From a bacterium (GTDB lineage: Bacteria; Patescibacteriota; Minisyncoccia; Phycocordibacterales; Phycocordibacteraceae), in the NCBI GenBank assembly GCA_030651285.1, contig JAUSCN010000013.1, positions 28,448 to 92,447 on the forward strand: a DNA stretch of 64,000 bases. Reading direction: 5' to 3'. Below, piece by piece: positions 44,522-53,330 of the stretch. The first letter of the stretch is position 1; the number at the start of each line of letters is the position of its first letter. The notes beneath the pieces were generated by a model. It was given only the letters and a program-made list of their open reading frames with translations, had not been told where the DNA came from and searched no databases. The position numbers and the translations under genes were made by a program.

Positions 44522-45160
44522 ATGGCCACCAAGCAAGCAGCTAGCCCTACTCAGCAGTTCGTACCGGTCAAAGAAATCCGGAATGGCGTCATTATTCTCA
44601 AAGACGGCGGCTATCGAGGCATACTCATGTGCTCTTCAATCAATTTTGGACTCAAGTCAGCTGATGAACAGCACGCGATTACGCTCGGCTTCCAAAATTT
44701 CCTCAATACGCTCGATTTCTCAATACAGATCTTAGTGAATTCGCGCAAAATGGACCTGCGCCCGTATATTTCTCTCCTTGAAACCAAAGCGGCTGATCAA
44801 AGGACAGAACTTATGCGAATCCAGTTGCGAGAATATATCGAATTCGTGCGCTCTTTCGCGGACCAAGCAAACATCATGACCAAATCGTTCTATGTCATCG
44901 TGCCATATGCACCACACGTCTCTGCTACCAAAGCAGTCGGGTTCTTGCAAAAGAAAAATGTCGCAGCTGAAAAAGCGGCTGCCCAAACTTCATTTGAACA
45001 GGATCGCGCACAACTTGAACAGCGCCTCTCGCTCGTTGCGGGTGGACTTGCTGGTACTGGCGTACGAGCAGTTCCGCTCGGCACCGAAGAAGTCATCGAG
45101 CTCCTGTACCGCTCATTCAACCCAGGAGAGCTCGAAAACCCGATCCACCTAGACGCGTAA
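44522..45160 (+). CDS. T4SS-associated protein resembling the extreme N-terminal region of Gram-positive VirB4/TraE-type ATPases
   Basis: FVPVKEIRNGVIILKDGGYRGILMCSSINFGLKSADEQ..FQNFLNTLDFSIQILV. It is in the same reading frame as the next gene, separated only by TAA plus two codons. Confidence 0.55.
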   Translation: MATKQAASPTQQFVPVKEIRNGVIILKDGGYRGILMCSSINFGLKSADEQHAITLGFQNFLNTLDFSIQILVNSRKMDLRPYISLLETKAADQRTELMRIQLREYIEFVRSFADQANIMTKSFYVIVPYAPHVSATKAVGFLQKKNVAAEKAAAQTSFEQDRAQLEQRLSLVAGGLAGTGVRAVPLGTEEVIELLYRSFNPGELENPIHLDA

Positions 45161-45166
45161 TACCCT

Positions 45167-46987
45167 ATGTCACTACTCGACTTTCTAAACGGCAAGAAAA
45201 AAGAGGAGTTTTCGGCAATAATGCCGGTACTACCTAAAGATATTTATAAACAAGGCTCTCTCGACCTTGTTGATACTATCGCTCCGGCAGCACTCAAAAT
45301 AAGTTCGCGGGAAATCGAACTTGGTGAGAAGTTTGCTCGCGTCTTCTACACGGTCTCCTATCCGCGATTCCTTTCAGACAGCTGGTTCTCTCCCGTCATC
45401 AACCTCGACAAGGTACTCGATATTTCCATATTCATCCATCCAATAGAAACTGAGACTGCTCTCCGTGCTTTCCAGAAGAAAGTCGCTGAGGTACAGAGCC
45501 AGATTAGCGAACGCGAATCGAAAGGGCTCGTGCGCGACCCATTACTTGATACTGCTTACCAAGATCTCGAGAATCTGCGCGACAACCTGCAACAGGCACA
45601 GGAAAAACTATTCGATGTTGGACTCTACCTTGCGCTCTATGGCGATTCGAAAGAAGAGATTGAGAAGACAGAAGGGGACATCCGCGGCATACTCGACGCG
45701 AAGCTTGTGTACACCAAACCAGCCCTCTTTCAGCAAGAGCAAGGATTCCGTACCTGCCTCCCGCTCGGCACTGACGAACTCCTTGTGAATTCGAAACTAG
45801 ACTCCTCGCCGCTCTCGTCGATCTTTCCATTTGTCTCGTTTGACCTCACAAGCGATCGCGGCATCCTGTACGGCATCAACCGCCATAACTCTTCACTCAT
45901 CCTCTTCGACCGCTTCTCGCTCGAAAACTACAATTCCGTCATCTTCGCTAAGTCCGGTTCCGGTAAAAGCTATGCGACGAAACTCGAGCTTCTGCGATCA
46001 CTCATGTTTGGCACCGACATCATCGTGATCGATCCAGAGCGAGAGTATGAGCAGCTCGCAGAAGCGACAGGTGGTCGATCATTCCACATATCCCTGTCAT
46101 CGATGCATCATATAAATCCTTTCGACCTCCCACCGGTCAGGGAAGATGAGGATCCGAAAGACATTCTCCGCTCCAACATCATCGCACTCGTCGGACTCTT
46201 CCGCATCATGCTTTCCGGTCTTTCTCCGGAGGAGGACGCGATTATCGATCGTGCCATCAGCGAGACATATGCGCTCAAAGATATTACTGGTGACAGTGAC
46301 TTCACGGGCGCAGAACCACCAACACTCTCAGACTTCGAACAGGTGCTCTCCGGAATGGAGGGGAGCGAATCACTCGTCGAGCGTCTCTCAAAATACACGC
46401 GTGGTACGTGGGCAGGATTCCTCAACCAGCCAACAAACATCAATCTCGATCAGCAGTTCGTCGTCTTCTCAGTACGCGACATGGAGGACGAACTCAAGCC
46501 GGTCGCGATGTACATCATTACGCACTATATATGGAATGCCGTACGCCACGACCTCAGAAAGCGTCTACTCGTCATCGATGAAGCATGGTGGATGATGAAA
46601 AGCGAAGACACCGCTTCCTTCCTCTACTCAGTCGCGAAGCGTGGCCGCAAATACTATCTGGGTGTCTGCACCATTACTCAGGACGTCGAAGACTTCCTCA
46701 AGAGTCCGTACGGGCGTCCGATCCTTACGAACTCATCGCTGCAACTACTTCTCAAACAATCTCCGACGACAATCGACGTCCTGCAACAAACCTTCAACCT
46801 GACCGATGAGGAAAAATATCTCCTGCTTGAGGCTGGAGTGGGGGAAGGACTCTTCTTCGCAGGACTGAAGCATGTGGCTATCAAGATAGTCGCAAGCTAC
46901 ACGGAAGACCAGATCATCACCTCAGACCCTTCCCAAGTCCTTGCGATAAAGCAGGAGAAGGATCGCCATGCCTCCTCGCAGAATTAA
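45167..46987 (+). CDS. virB4: VirB4/TraC-family T4SS ATPase
   Basis: N-domain pattern IAPAALKISSREIELGEKFARVFYTVSYPRF, Walker A AKSGSGKSY and Walker B LLVIDEAWW. Confidence 0.88.
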   Translation: MSLLDFLNGKKKEEFSAIMPVLPKDIYKQGSLDLVDTIAPAALKISSREIELGEKFARVFYTVSYPRFLSDSWFSPVINLDKVLDISIFIHPIETETALRAFQKKVAEVQSQISERESKGLVRDPLLDTAYQDLENLRDNLQQAQEKLFDVGLYLALYGDSKEEIEKTEGDIRGILDAKLVYTKPALFQQEQGFRTCLPLGTDELLVNSKLDSSPLSSIFPFVSFDLTSDRGILYGINRHNSSLILFDRFSLENYNSVIFAKSGSGKSYATKLELLRSLMFGTDIIVIDPEREYEQLAEATGGRSFHISLSSMHHINPFDLPPVREDEDPKDILRSNIIALVGLFRIMLSGLSPEEDAIIDRAISETYALKDITGDSDFTGAEPPTLSDFEQVLSGMEGSESLVERLSKYTRGTWAGFLNQPTNINLDQQFVVFSVRDMEDELKPVAMYIITHYIWNAVRHDLRKRLLVIDEAWWMMKSEDTASFLYSVAKRGRKYYLGVCTITQDVEDFLKSPYGRPILTNSSLQLLLKQSPTTIDVLQQTFNLTDEEKYLLLEAGVGEGLFFAGLKHVAIKIVASYTEDQIITSDPSQVLAIKQEKDRHASSQN

Positions 46988-47627
46988 TCCGCCGCCCGAA
47001 GTGATGACCTGGGGGAAATCCTCAGCGATTCTTGCGGTTTCGGTATCAGCCATCTTCGACACGCTTCGTATAGCATGTGGATTCCTGTGGCTTTTTGGCC
47101 CTGCGCTTGCCGGAATCTATTGCCAACAGAAACTTGGCGGCGCATTAGGAGAGACGATAGCCACAGCGGTCTGTGCCACTGGCGCAACAACACTTGGGGT
47201 CACCGCATCTCCTGTATTCATGCTTTTTGGCACAGTCTTAGCTATAGCTATGGGCATTTTCGGATGGCTGATTGTTATAGCCATAATCATCTTCACGAAC
47301 GAGCGCCTTATGAAAGAGAATTTCAGTCATGTTTTCTGGCTTGCAGGAAGCCTTCTCGTGAGCGAGATACCTATCATCGGATCGATACCAGCTCTCACTG
47401 CCACTGTCATCAAACTGTATTCCGACCAAATAAAGAGAGATAAAGAAATGCTGCAAACATACGAGGCTGATATCGTAGCAGCCAAACAAGAAGAGCGCGA
47501 TCAGCACACCGCACTACTTTTCCAGATGCAGAATGCGCGAACACAAGAGGCGCAAGAAGCAGCGTATGAGAAACAGGCCGAGAAGGAAGCGGAGGAAATC
47601 CCCGACGAGATGCGTATGGCCGCATAA
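46968..47627 (+). CDS. hypothetical polytopic membrane protein with charged coiled-coil tail (possible VirB6 analogue)
   Basis: About four TM helices followed by a Q/E/K-rich tail. It overlaps virB4 by 20 nt. Confidence 0.55.
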   Translation: MPPRRINPPPEVMTWGKSSAILAVSVSAIFDTLRIACGFLWLFGPALAGIYCQQKLGGALGETIATAVCATGATTLGVTASPVFMLFGTVLAIAMGIFGWLIVIAIIIFTNERLMKENFSHVFWLAGSLLVSEIPIIGSIPALTATVIKLYSDQIKRDKEMLQTYEADIVAAKQEERDQHTALLFQMQNARTQEAQEAAYEKQAEKEAEEIPDEMRMAA

Positions 47628-47656
47628 CCGCACCGTGCAGGCTATATACTAGAGAC

Positions 47657-48643
47657 ATGCGCTTCATTATTTTCGCAGCTCTCTTGATTCTCACGCTTCC
47701 TGTTTCTGTCAGTGCACAATCTTTTGGGGGATCCATGGACGCCACTCCGTTTACGCTTTCTGTAAACCCGCAATATCCAGAACCGTACAGCGATGCTGTC
47801 ATCTCTCCGCTTTCAAACTCGCTCGATCTTGCAAACTCGACCATGACCGTCTCAGTAGGAGGAAAGATCATCCATAAAGGCACTGCACAACCTATCGCCA
47901 TAAAGACTGGCAAAGCGGGAAGCGTCACGACAGTAAAAGTCACCATCTCCTCGGGGGGTATAACCAACAGCGAATCCCTCTATATACAGCCCCAGGATGT
48001 CGTCCTGATCGCAGAACCTATTTCATCAGCGCCGCCACTATACCCCGGCAAATCGCTCGTGCCCCTAGAAGGGAGTGTGCGAGTTGTTGCTGTAGCGAAT
48101 TTCAGAGATGCTCGCGGAGGCATACTCAAGCCATCTACGCTTTCTTACGCATGGGCGGTAGACAATACTCAGATCGCAAGCGCGTCAGGCATCGGAAGAT
48201 CATCACTCCTGGTAGCGTCACCCCTCCAATACCGCGCTCGATCTGTTTCTGTTACAGTCACGAGCCAGAACGGCACCCTCGTCGGCGGCGCGGCGATCTC
48301 GCTCACCTCTCAGGAACCACTGGTGCGCATCTACCGGAACGATCCTCTGTTAGGTATCCGTTTTGACCATGCGCTTTTCGGAGAATATGCCATCGCAGGA
48401 GCGGAGACTACACTGTACGGCGCGCCGTTTTCTTTCCCTACCACCACCGGCGCGCCGTTCCTTGATTGGAATCTGAACGGAGCAAGGGCCCAGACAGGTA
48501 ATTCCATAACTCTGCGCCCATCTGGAAGCGGGGAAGGGGACGCTTCGCTCACACTTTCCGCATCTTCAGATACCTCTGCCGCAGCAATCGCAGACCTTAC
48601 CCTCCTATTCGGTAAGAGCGCCACATCTCTCTTTGGCCTATGA
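47657..48643 (+). CDS. hypothetical secreted protein
   Basis: Signal peptide MRFIIFAALLILTLPVSVSAQ. Beta-rich, with no family recognised. Confidence 0.55.
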   Translation: MRFIIFAALLILTLPVSVSAQSFGGSMDATPFTLSVNPQYPEPYSDAVISPLSNSLDLANSTMTVSVGGKIIHKGTAQPIAIKTGKAGSVTTVKVTISSGGITNSESLYIQPQDVVLIAEPISSAPPLYPGKSLVPLEGSVRVVAVANFRDARGGILKPSTLSYAWAVDNTQIASASGIGRSSLLVASPLQYRARSVSVTVTSQNGTLVGGAAISLTSQEPLVRIYRNDPLLGIRFDHALFGEYAIAGAETTLYGAPFSFPTTTGAPFLDWNLNGARAQTGNSITLRPSGSGEGDASLTLSASSDTSAAAIADLTLLFGKSATSLFGL

Positions 48644-49365
48644 CCCTCATTAAAAATCTCAATCATCGTATGACGCGCAAAAATACGACCCTCACTTCTC
48701 GCGAAATAACGCTATTTCTGCTCGTATTAGTTCCCGTACTGCTTTTCGGACTCTCGCCCGCAGCTTCTGCTCAAGGATTTGTTCCTCTTGCTCCGATACC
48801 GAACCTCACCGACACACAGTCTACTGGAGGCGGGCTCGCAGTATTCTTCAACAATCTCTACAAATACCTCATTGGCCTTGCTGCGACCCTTGCAGTGATC
48901 CAGATCATCCGAAGCGGCATTGAGATCGCTTGGAACCAAGACGATGTCAGCAAGATGAAAGATGATAAAGGGAAAATCTACAATGCAATCGCTGGACTTG
49001 CTTTGGTACTTTCGCCCGCGCTAGTCTTTTCCATTATCAATCCACAGATTTTGGACCTCTCGATCAGTCTTGCGCCGATCGATCTTTCCGTAAGATCAGC
49101 AACGCCAGCGCCGACACCCGAAGGACTGAATAAGACTAGCTCTATGACCGGACAGCGGTCGAATCTAGCCCCCGCAAATATGAACGGAGCTGGTCGAAGC
49201 AATAACATGTACACAGATCCTGCTTCTATCCCGAATGGACAATGGTGCTATACCCAAGAAACAACATTTGTCTGCCTTCCTGACCAAAGCGGCTGCGACA
49301 ATATGTACAGATTCGCAGGAGCTTCAGCAACGGGATCTTGCAGGCAATACCCAATTACGAATTAA
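48640..49365 (+). CDS. VirB2/TrbC-like T4SS pilin with a Cys-containing C-terminal extension
   Basis: Signal/TM region, then AQGFVPLAPIPNL, followed by two hydrophobic helices (LIGLAATLAVIQIIRSG and IAGLALVLSPALVFSIINP). This is typical of the CPR T4SS-pilin family, from recollection. There is an extra tail of about 100 aa with 4 Cys. Confidence 0.6.
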   Translation: MTLIKNLNHRMTRKNTTLTSREITLFLLVLVPVLLFGLSPAASAQGFVPLAPIPNLTDTQSTGGGLAVFFNNLYKYLIGLAATLAVIQIIRSGIEIAWNQDDVSKMKDDKGKIYNAIAGLALVLSPALVFSIINPQILDLSISLAPIDLSVRSATPAPTPEGLNKTSSMTGQRSNLAPANMNGAGRSNNMYTDPASIPNGQWCYTQETTFVCLPDQSGCDNMYRFAGASATGSCRQYPITN

Positions 49366-49371
49366 AATCCT

Positions 49372-50571
49372 ATGCGCCGCACACTTATCATCGCCTCGAT
49401 TGTTCTAGTCTCTCTCGGGATCGGGATTGCTGTATATTATTTCCTCCTTCCAAGCTCACCAGAGACGACCGGCACACCCACTGACAATCCATTGCCAGTA
49501 GCAGGGAATAGGACTCCAACCCCCGGAGAGATCGCTGCAGGAAATTCTGGCACTAGCGAAAGTCCCACCTCCGTTTCAGCTCGACTCGTCAAAATAACAC
49601 CTGGACCCGTCGCGCTCGGCGAAGCTGTCCTAGACATAAAAGCTGCTGCGGCAAGCTCTTCACCGGAAGTCGCCATCAATTTCGTCGAGCAACAGAGCGG
49701 AAACATCTATTCTTATCGAACAAGGGAAGGGACGCTCACACGCACCTCGAACAAAACCATACCTGGTATTGCGACCGCAGCTTGGCTCCCGAATGGAAAG
49801 ACGGTATTTGCTCGCTACCTTTCAGGAACCGATTTTTCTACTACTAACACCTACGCACTTCACTCAGATGGTTCGGAGGGATTCTTCTTGCCTCAGGACC
49901 TTGCAGGTATAGCTGTTTCCTCCACAAGCATCCTCATGCTTGCTTCTGGGTCTAATGGGTCCTCTGCTTCTCTCGCACGCACCGACGGATCACGTGCCAC
50001 GACATTATTCACGACACCTCTTTCCGCATTACGTGTCACATTTGCAGGCAAAAATCAGTACCTTGCATTTACGAAGCCTGCCGCGACGCTCGCTGGAAGC
50101 GCGTATCTCGTCGATAGCTCTGGGAACTTCTCTCGCGTCGCGGGTCCAGAGAACGGCCTCACCGCCCTTGCGAGCCCGTCAGGGAAGTGGGTACTCGTAA
50201 GCACTGTTTCAGAGGGGGCAATGAGCATGAAGCTCGTAAACACAGCAACAGGCGACACTACCCCTCTTCCTGTCGCTACCATCACCGACAAATGCATATG
50301 GACTACCGATGAGACCACTATCTACTGCGGAATCCCTAAAAACCCTGCTCCTGGGAAAAACTATCCTGACGATTGGTATCAAGGAGCCGTGGCGTTCTCG
50401 GACCGGATATGGAAAATTCAAGTTTCCGGCCGCTATGCGCAACTAGTGCTCGACTTTACAGCTGAAGCAAAAACGTCCCTCGACGCGGAATCCCTTGCCA
50501 TCAACCCTTCTGGAACTACGCTCGTATTTGTAAACAAGAACGACGGATCTCTTTGGTCGTATCAACTCTGA
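49372..50571 (+). CDS. hypothetical anchored protein, beta-propeller-like
   Basis: TM anchor, a P/T-rich linker, and repetitive beta-strand segments reminiscent of TolB-like propellers. Confidence 0.5.
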   Translation: MRRTLIIASIVLVSLGIGIAVYYFLLPSSPETTGTPTDNPLPVAGNRTPTPGEIAAGNSGTSESPTSVSARLVKITPGPVALGEAVLDIKAAAASSSPEVAINFVEQQSGNIYSYRTREGTLTRTSNKTIPGIATAAWLPNGKTVFARYLSGTDFSTTNTYALHSDGSEGFFLPQDLAGIAVSSTSILMLASGSNGSSASLARTDGSRATTLFTTPLSALRVTFAGKNQYLAFTKPAATLAGSAYLVDSSGNFSRVAGPENGLTALASPSGKWVLVSTVSEGAMSMKLVNTATGDTTPLPVATITDKCIWTTDETTIYCGIPKNPAPGKNYPDDWYQGAVAFSDRIWKIQVSGRYAQLVLDFTAEAKTSLDAESLAINPSGTTLVFVNKNDGSLWSYQL

Positions 50572-51296
50572 TCCGAAGTTAGCACCGTGCGCCGTACGTG
50601 CCATTCCTGTATCGCACCTGCGATGTTCGTAGTGATGAAGTACAGCGCGATTGCGCTAGAAGTCGTATAGGAAATGACCCCTATAAGGAAAGGGAAGACG
50701 TATTTGAGCTGCATGCCCATGACTTTCTGAAAATCCGCCTGCATCCCACTACCGCTCGGAGCGGCTTTCATCGTCCCCTGAAGGGCCATATGAGCCTGTA
50801 AGAACTGCGTGAGGCCCGCCACAATAGCCAGAATGAGGCTTTTCCCCATTATTGATATGAATCCTAGGAACAGGAGCGATACGGAACCAGGAACCGGTGT
50901 AAATGAATAAAGTCGAGCGGTATTAATCATCGTAAACGGCTCATACAGAAAGACCCAATACAGAGCGAGAAGGACTGGGATCTGGATAAACACCGTAAGG
51001 ATGCTCGAAAACGGATTTACTTTCTCTTCTCGATAGAGTGCGAGGGTTTCTAGAGCCTCTTTTTCCTTATCGCCCTTATATTTTTCCTTCAATGCTTTCA
51101 ATTTTGGCTCTAGATTCTTCATCGCAAGCTGTGTGCGGGCTGCAGAGAGCGAAAATGGTAGCAGCACGACCCGAATGACAATAGTGAGGAGGATAACAGC
51201 AACACCAACATCAGAGCCTGGGACGAGCGCTACGAGCGCTACGAGCGCGTTGTAAATCGGGTCATAGAAAAATGCGTGGAAGAAAGTTGATATCAC
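50562..51296 (-). CDS. yidC: membrane protein insertase YidC (short form)
   Basis: Five-TM layout with the lysine-rich KLKALKEKYKGDKEK loop and a syntenic position next to rnpA. Confidence 0.85.
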   Translation of the reverse strand: MISTFFHAFFYDPIYNALVALVALVPGSDVGVAVILLTIVIRVVLLPFSLSAARTQLAMKNLEPKLKALKEKYKGDKEKEALETLALYREEKVNPFSSILTVFIQIPVLLALYWVFLYEPFTMINTARLYSFTPVPGSVSLLFLGFISIMGKSLILAIVAGLTQFLQAHMALQGTMKAAPSGSGMQADFQKVMGMQLKYVFPFLIGVISYTTSSAIALYFITTNIAGAIQEWHVRRTVLTSDQS

Positions 51297-51310
51297 AGAC
51301 GTATTGTACG

Positions 51311-51622
51311 TTACTGGTTAATTTTAGAAAGGAGAGTGCCAAGCTCCTCCTTAATGTCCTTGTATTGTATATCTTTTACCGACGCTTTGGGAAAAATGAT
51401 GAGGGAGGTTGGGTGGGGAAGGGACTTTAACGCCGCAAGTACGCGGCGCTTTATCAGATGCCTCGTTACTGAGAGGCGCGCTACTTTCTTTGGGACGATG
51501 ACAGCGAAGCCCCTCCCTTCTTTAGGGAGGACTGCGGTGAAGTGTTTAGACGAGACCCGACGGCCCGCCGGGAGGGCGGCGGAGATATATTCACGAGAAA
51601 GTCGCTCTCGGCGCGGAAACAC
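51311..51622 (-). CDS. rnpA: ribonuclease P protein component
   Basis: Basic 103-aa protein (VIVPKKVARLSVTRHLIKRR) immediately downstream of rpmH. Confidence 0.85.
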   Translation of the reverse strand: MFPRRERLSREYISAALPAGRRVSSKHFTAVLPKEGRGFAVIVPKKVARLSVTRHLIKRRVLAALKSLPHPTSLIIFPKASVKDIQYKDIKEELGTLLSKINQ

Positions 51623-51628
51623 AGAAGA

Positions 51629-51766
51629 TTACACTGCGAGCTTCGCTCGACCAATACGGCGGCGGCCCTGCAAAATCTTGCGTCCTGAGCTGGTTTTCTT
51701 GCGTGCGAGGAACCCGTGCGTTGTTGCGCGCTTTCGTTTCTTCGGCTGATAGGTCCTTTTCGACAT
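51629..51766 (-). CDS. rpmH: 50S ribosomal protein L34
   Basis: Hand translation gives [45 protein letters not shown]. At 45 aa it falls below the ORF-track cut-off. Confidence 0.92.
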   Translation of the reverse strand: MSKRTYQPKKRKRATTHGFLARKKTSSGRKILQGRRRIGRAKLAV

Positions 51767-51866
51767 GGTGGATGAAAAGATTAGGTTGTGCACATGATAC
51801 TAACAGGTTCTCCACGAAACGCCAGTGTGGCTTGTCTATATAAGGAAGCGTATACTCCAAAGCATT

Positions 51867-53219
51867 ATGAACAAAGGAGATCCTCGTGAACTTTGGGAAT
51901 ACGTTCTTACTCAAGTCGAACTTTCAATATCACCCGCTAATTTCAATACTTGGTTTCGTAATAGTTTCATTACAAAGATAACTGAGGACGGGGTAGTGCA
52001 CATCGGCGTACCCAGCCAGTTCTTTAAGGATTGGTATTTGAAAAAGTTCAACACAATGCTCCTGAAGATCATTCGGGATGTCTCCTATGAGTTCAGAAAT
52101 ATCGAATATTCGATAGTGAAAGATGAAAATCGTAAGGTACAGAAGGAAATTAAGCTCCCTAAAGGGGCTATGGAACTCCCGCTTGAGGATTTTTATATAA
52201 ATAAGAGCGATAACCTCAATCCTCGCTACACATTTGATACATTCGTCATCGGCTCATTCAACAATCTTGCTTACACCGCCGCACAAGCCGCCCTAGAGCG
52301 TCCAGGAATTACCTACAATCCATTATTTATCTATGGTGATACAGGAAGAGGGAAGACTCACCTTATCCAGGCTATAGGGAATCAATACAAGAAATTGTAT
52401 CAGGGGAGAAAAGTCTTCTATCTCACCTCAGAAAAATTCGTTGTTGATTATACTGATTCGGTGCAAGCTGGTTCAGCAAACCGATTTAAGGATAAATATC
52501 GCCAATACGACCTCCTCATCATGGATGATATTCAATTCCTCTCCAAGAAAGAAAAGACTCAGGAGGAGCTTTTCCACCTCTTCAACGCTCTCTACGATAC
52601 AAATAAGCAAATCATCTTTTCTTCTGATCGAGCTCCAGCGGCTATCCCAGACATCGCAGACCGCCTCAAGGGTCGCCTCGCTAGTGGAATGACAGTGGAT
52701 ATTAGTGAACCTGACCCAGAGTCTCGTATGGCTATAGTGCGTAAAAAAGCCGCCTCTCATGGGGTGATTCTGTCAGATGAAGTGGTTGATTACGTCGCTA
52801 CAACTATGAATGGTTCCATACGAGAATTAGAGGGTATGGTGAATAGTATTATCTGTCATGCTCAAGTAAAGGGTGCTGCTCCTGATATAGCTGAAGTACG
52901 CCAATCTCTCCGCTCATTCACACGCCCTCAAAAGAATATTTCAGTGAAGAATGTCGTCGACAAGGTTGCTGAATTCTACGGAATCGATGAGGAGAGTATT
53001 TATGAGAAGACTCGCCGTAGGGAAGTCGTACGTCCTCGGCAGATAATCATGTATCTTCTTCGTGAGGATTTTCATATTTCCTATCCGACTATTGGTACAA
53101 AACTTGGTGGTCGCGACCACACGACGGTTATCCACTCCTGTGAAAAAATAAAGCGTGAAATCATTGTGGATAGCGAGTTATCACAAGAGATCCAAAATAT
53201 CCGCACCCTACTTGTATGA
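51867..53219 (+). CDS. dnaA: chromosomal replication initiator DnaA
   Basis: ATG-start form MNKGDPRELWEYVL.. It carries AAA+ Walker A GDTGRGKTHL, LLIMDDIQF, and the domain IV motif TLGGRDHTTVIHSCEKI. Confidence 0.93.
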   Translation: MNKGDPRELWEYVLTQVELSISPANFNTWFRNSFITKITEDGVVHIGVPSQFFKDWYLKKFNTMLLKIIRDVSYEFRNIEYSIVKDENRKVQKEIKLPKGAMELPLEDFYINKSDNLNPRYTFDTFVIGSFNNLAYTAAQAALERPGITYNPLFIYGDTGRGKTHLIQAIGNQYKKLYQGRKVFYLTSEKFVVDYTDSVQAGSANRFKDKYRQYDLLIMDDIQFLSKKEKTQEELFHLFNALYDTNKQIIFSSDRAPAAIPDIADRLKGRLASGMTVDISEPDPESRMAIVRKKAASHGVILSDEVVDYVATTMNGSIRELEGMVNSIICHAQVKGAAPDIAEVRQSLRSFTRPQKNISVKNVVDKVAEFYGIDEESIYEKTRRREVVRPRQIIMYLLREDFHISYPTIGTKLGGRDHTTVIHSCEKIKREIIVDSELSQEIQNIRTLLV

Positions 53220-53330
53220 TGTTTATACGTTCTATATCAACATATTGTTTAGAATCTAAGAATCAAAATAGTGAGCAGGTACGCTTTATTTTAAGTTTAT
53301 CCACTTATCAACAGCCCTAATAGAATCCGT
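53220..53330. promoter_or_regulatory. candidate oriC segment (dnaA-dnaN spacer)
   Basis: AT-rich 111-nt spacer with abutting DnaA-box-like 9-mers TTATCCACT (53297-53305) and TTATCAACA (53305-53313). A further TGTGGATAG lies at 53165-53173 inside the dnaA 3' end. Confidence 0.5.
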
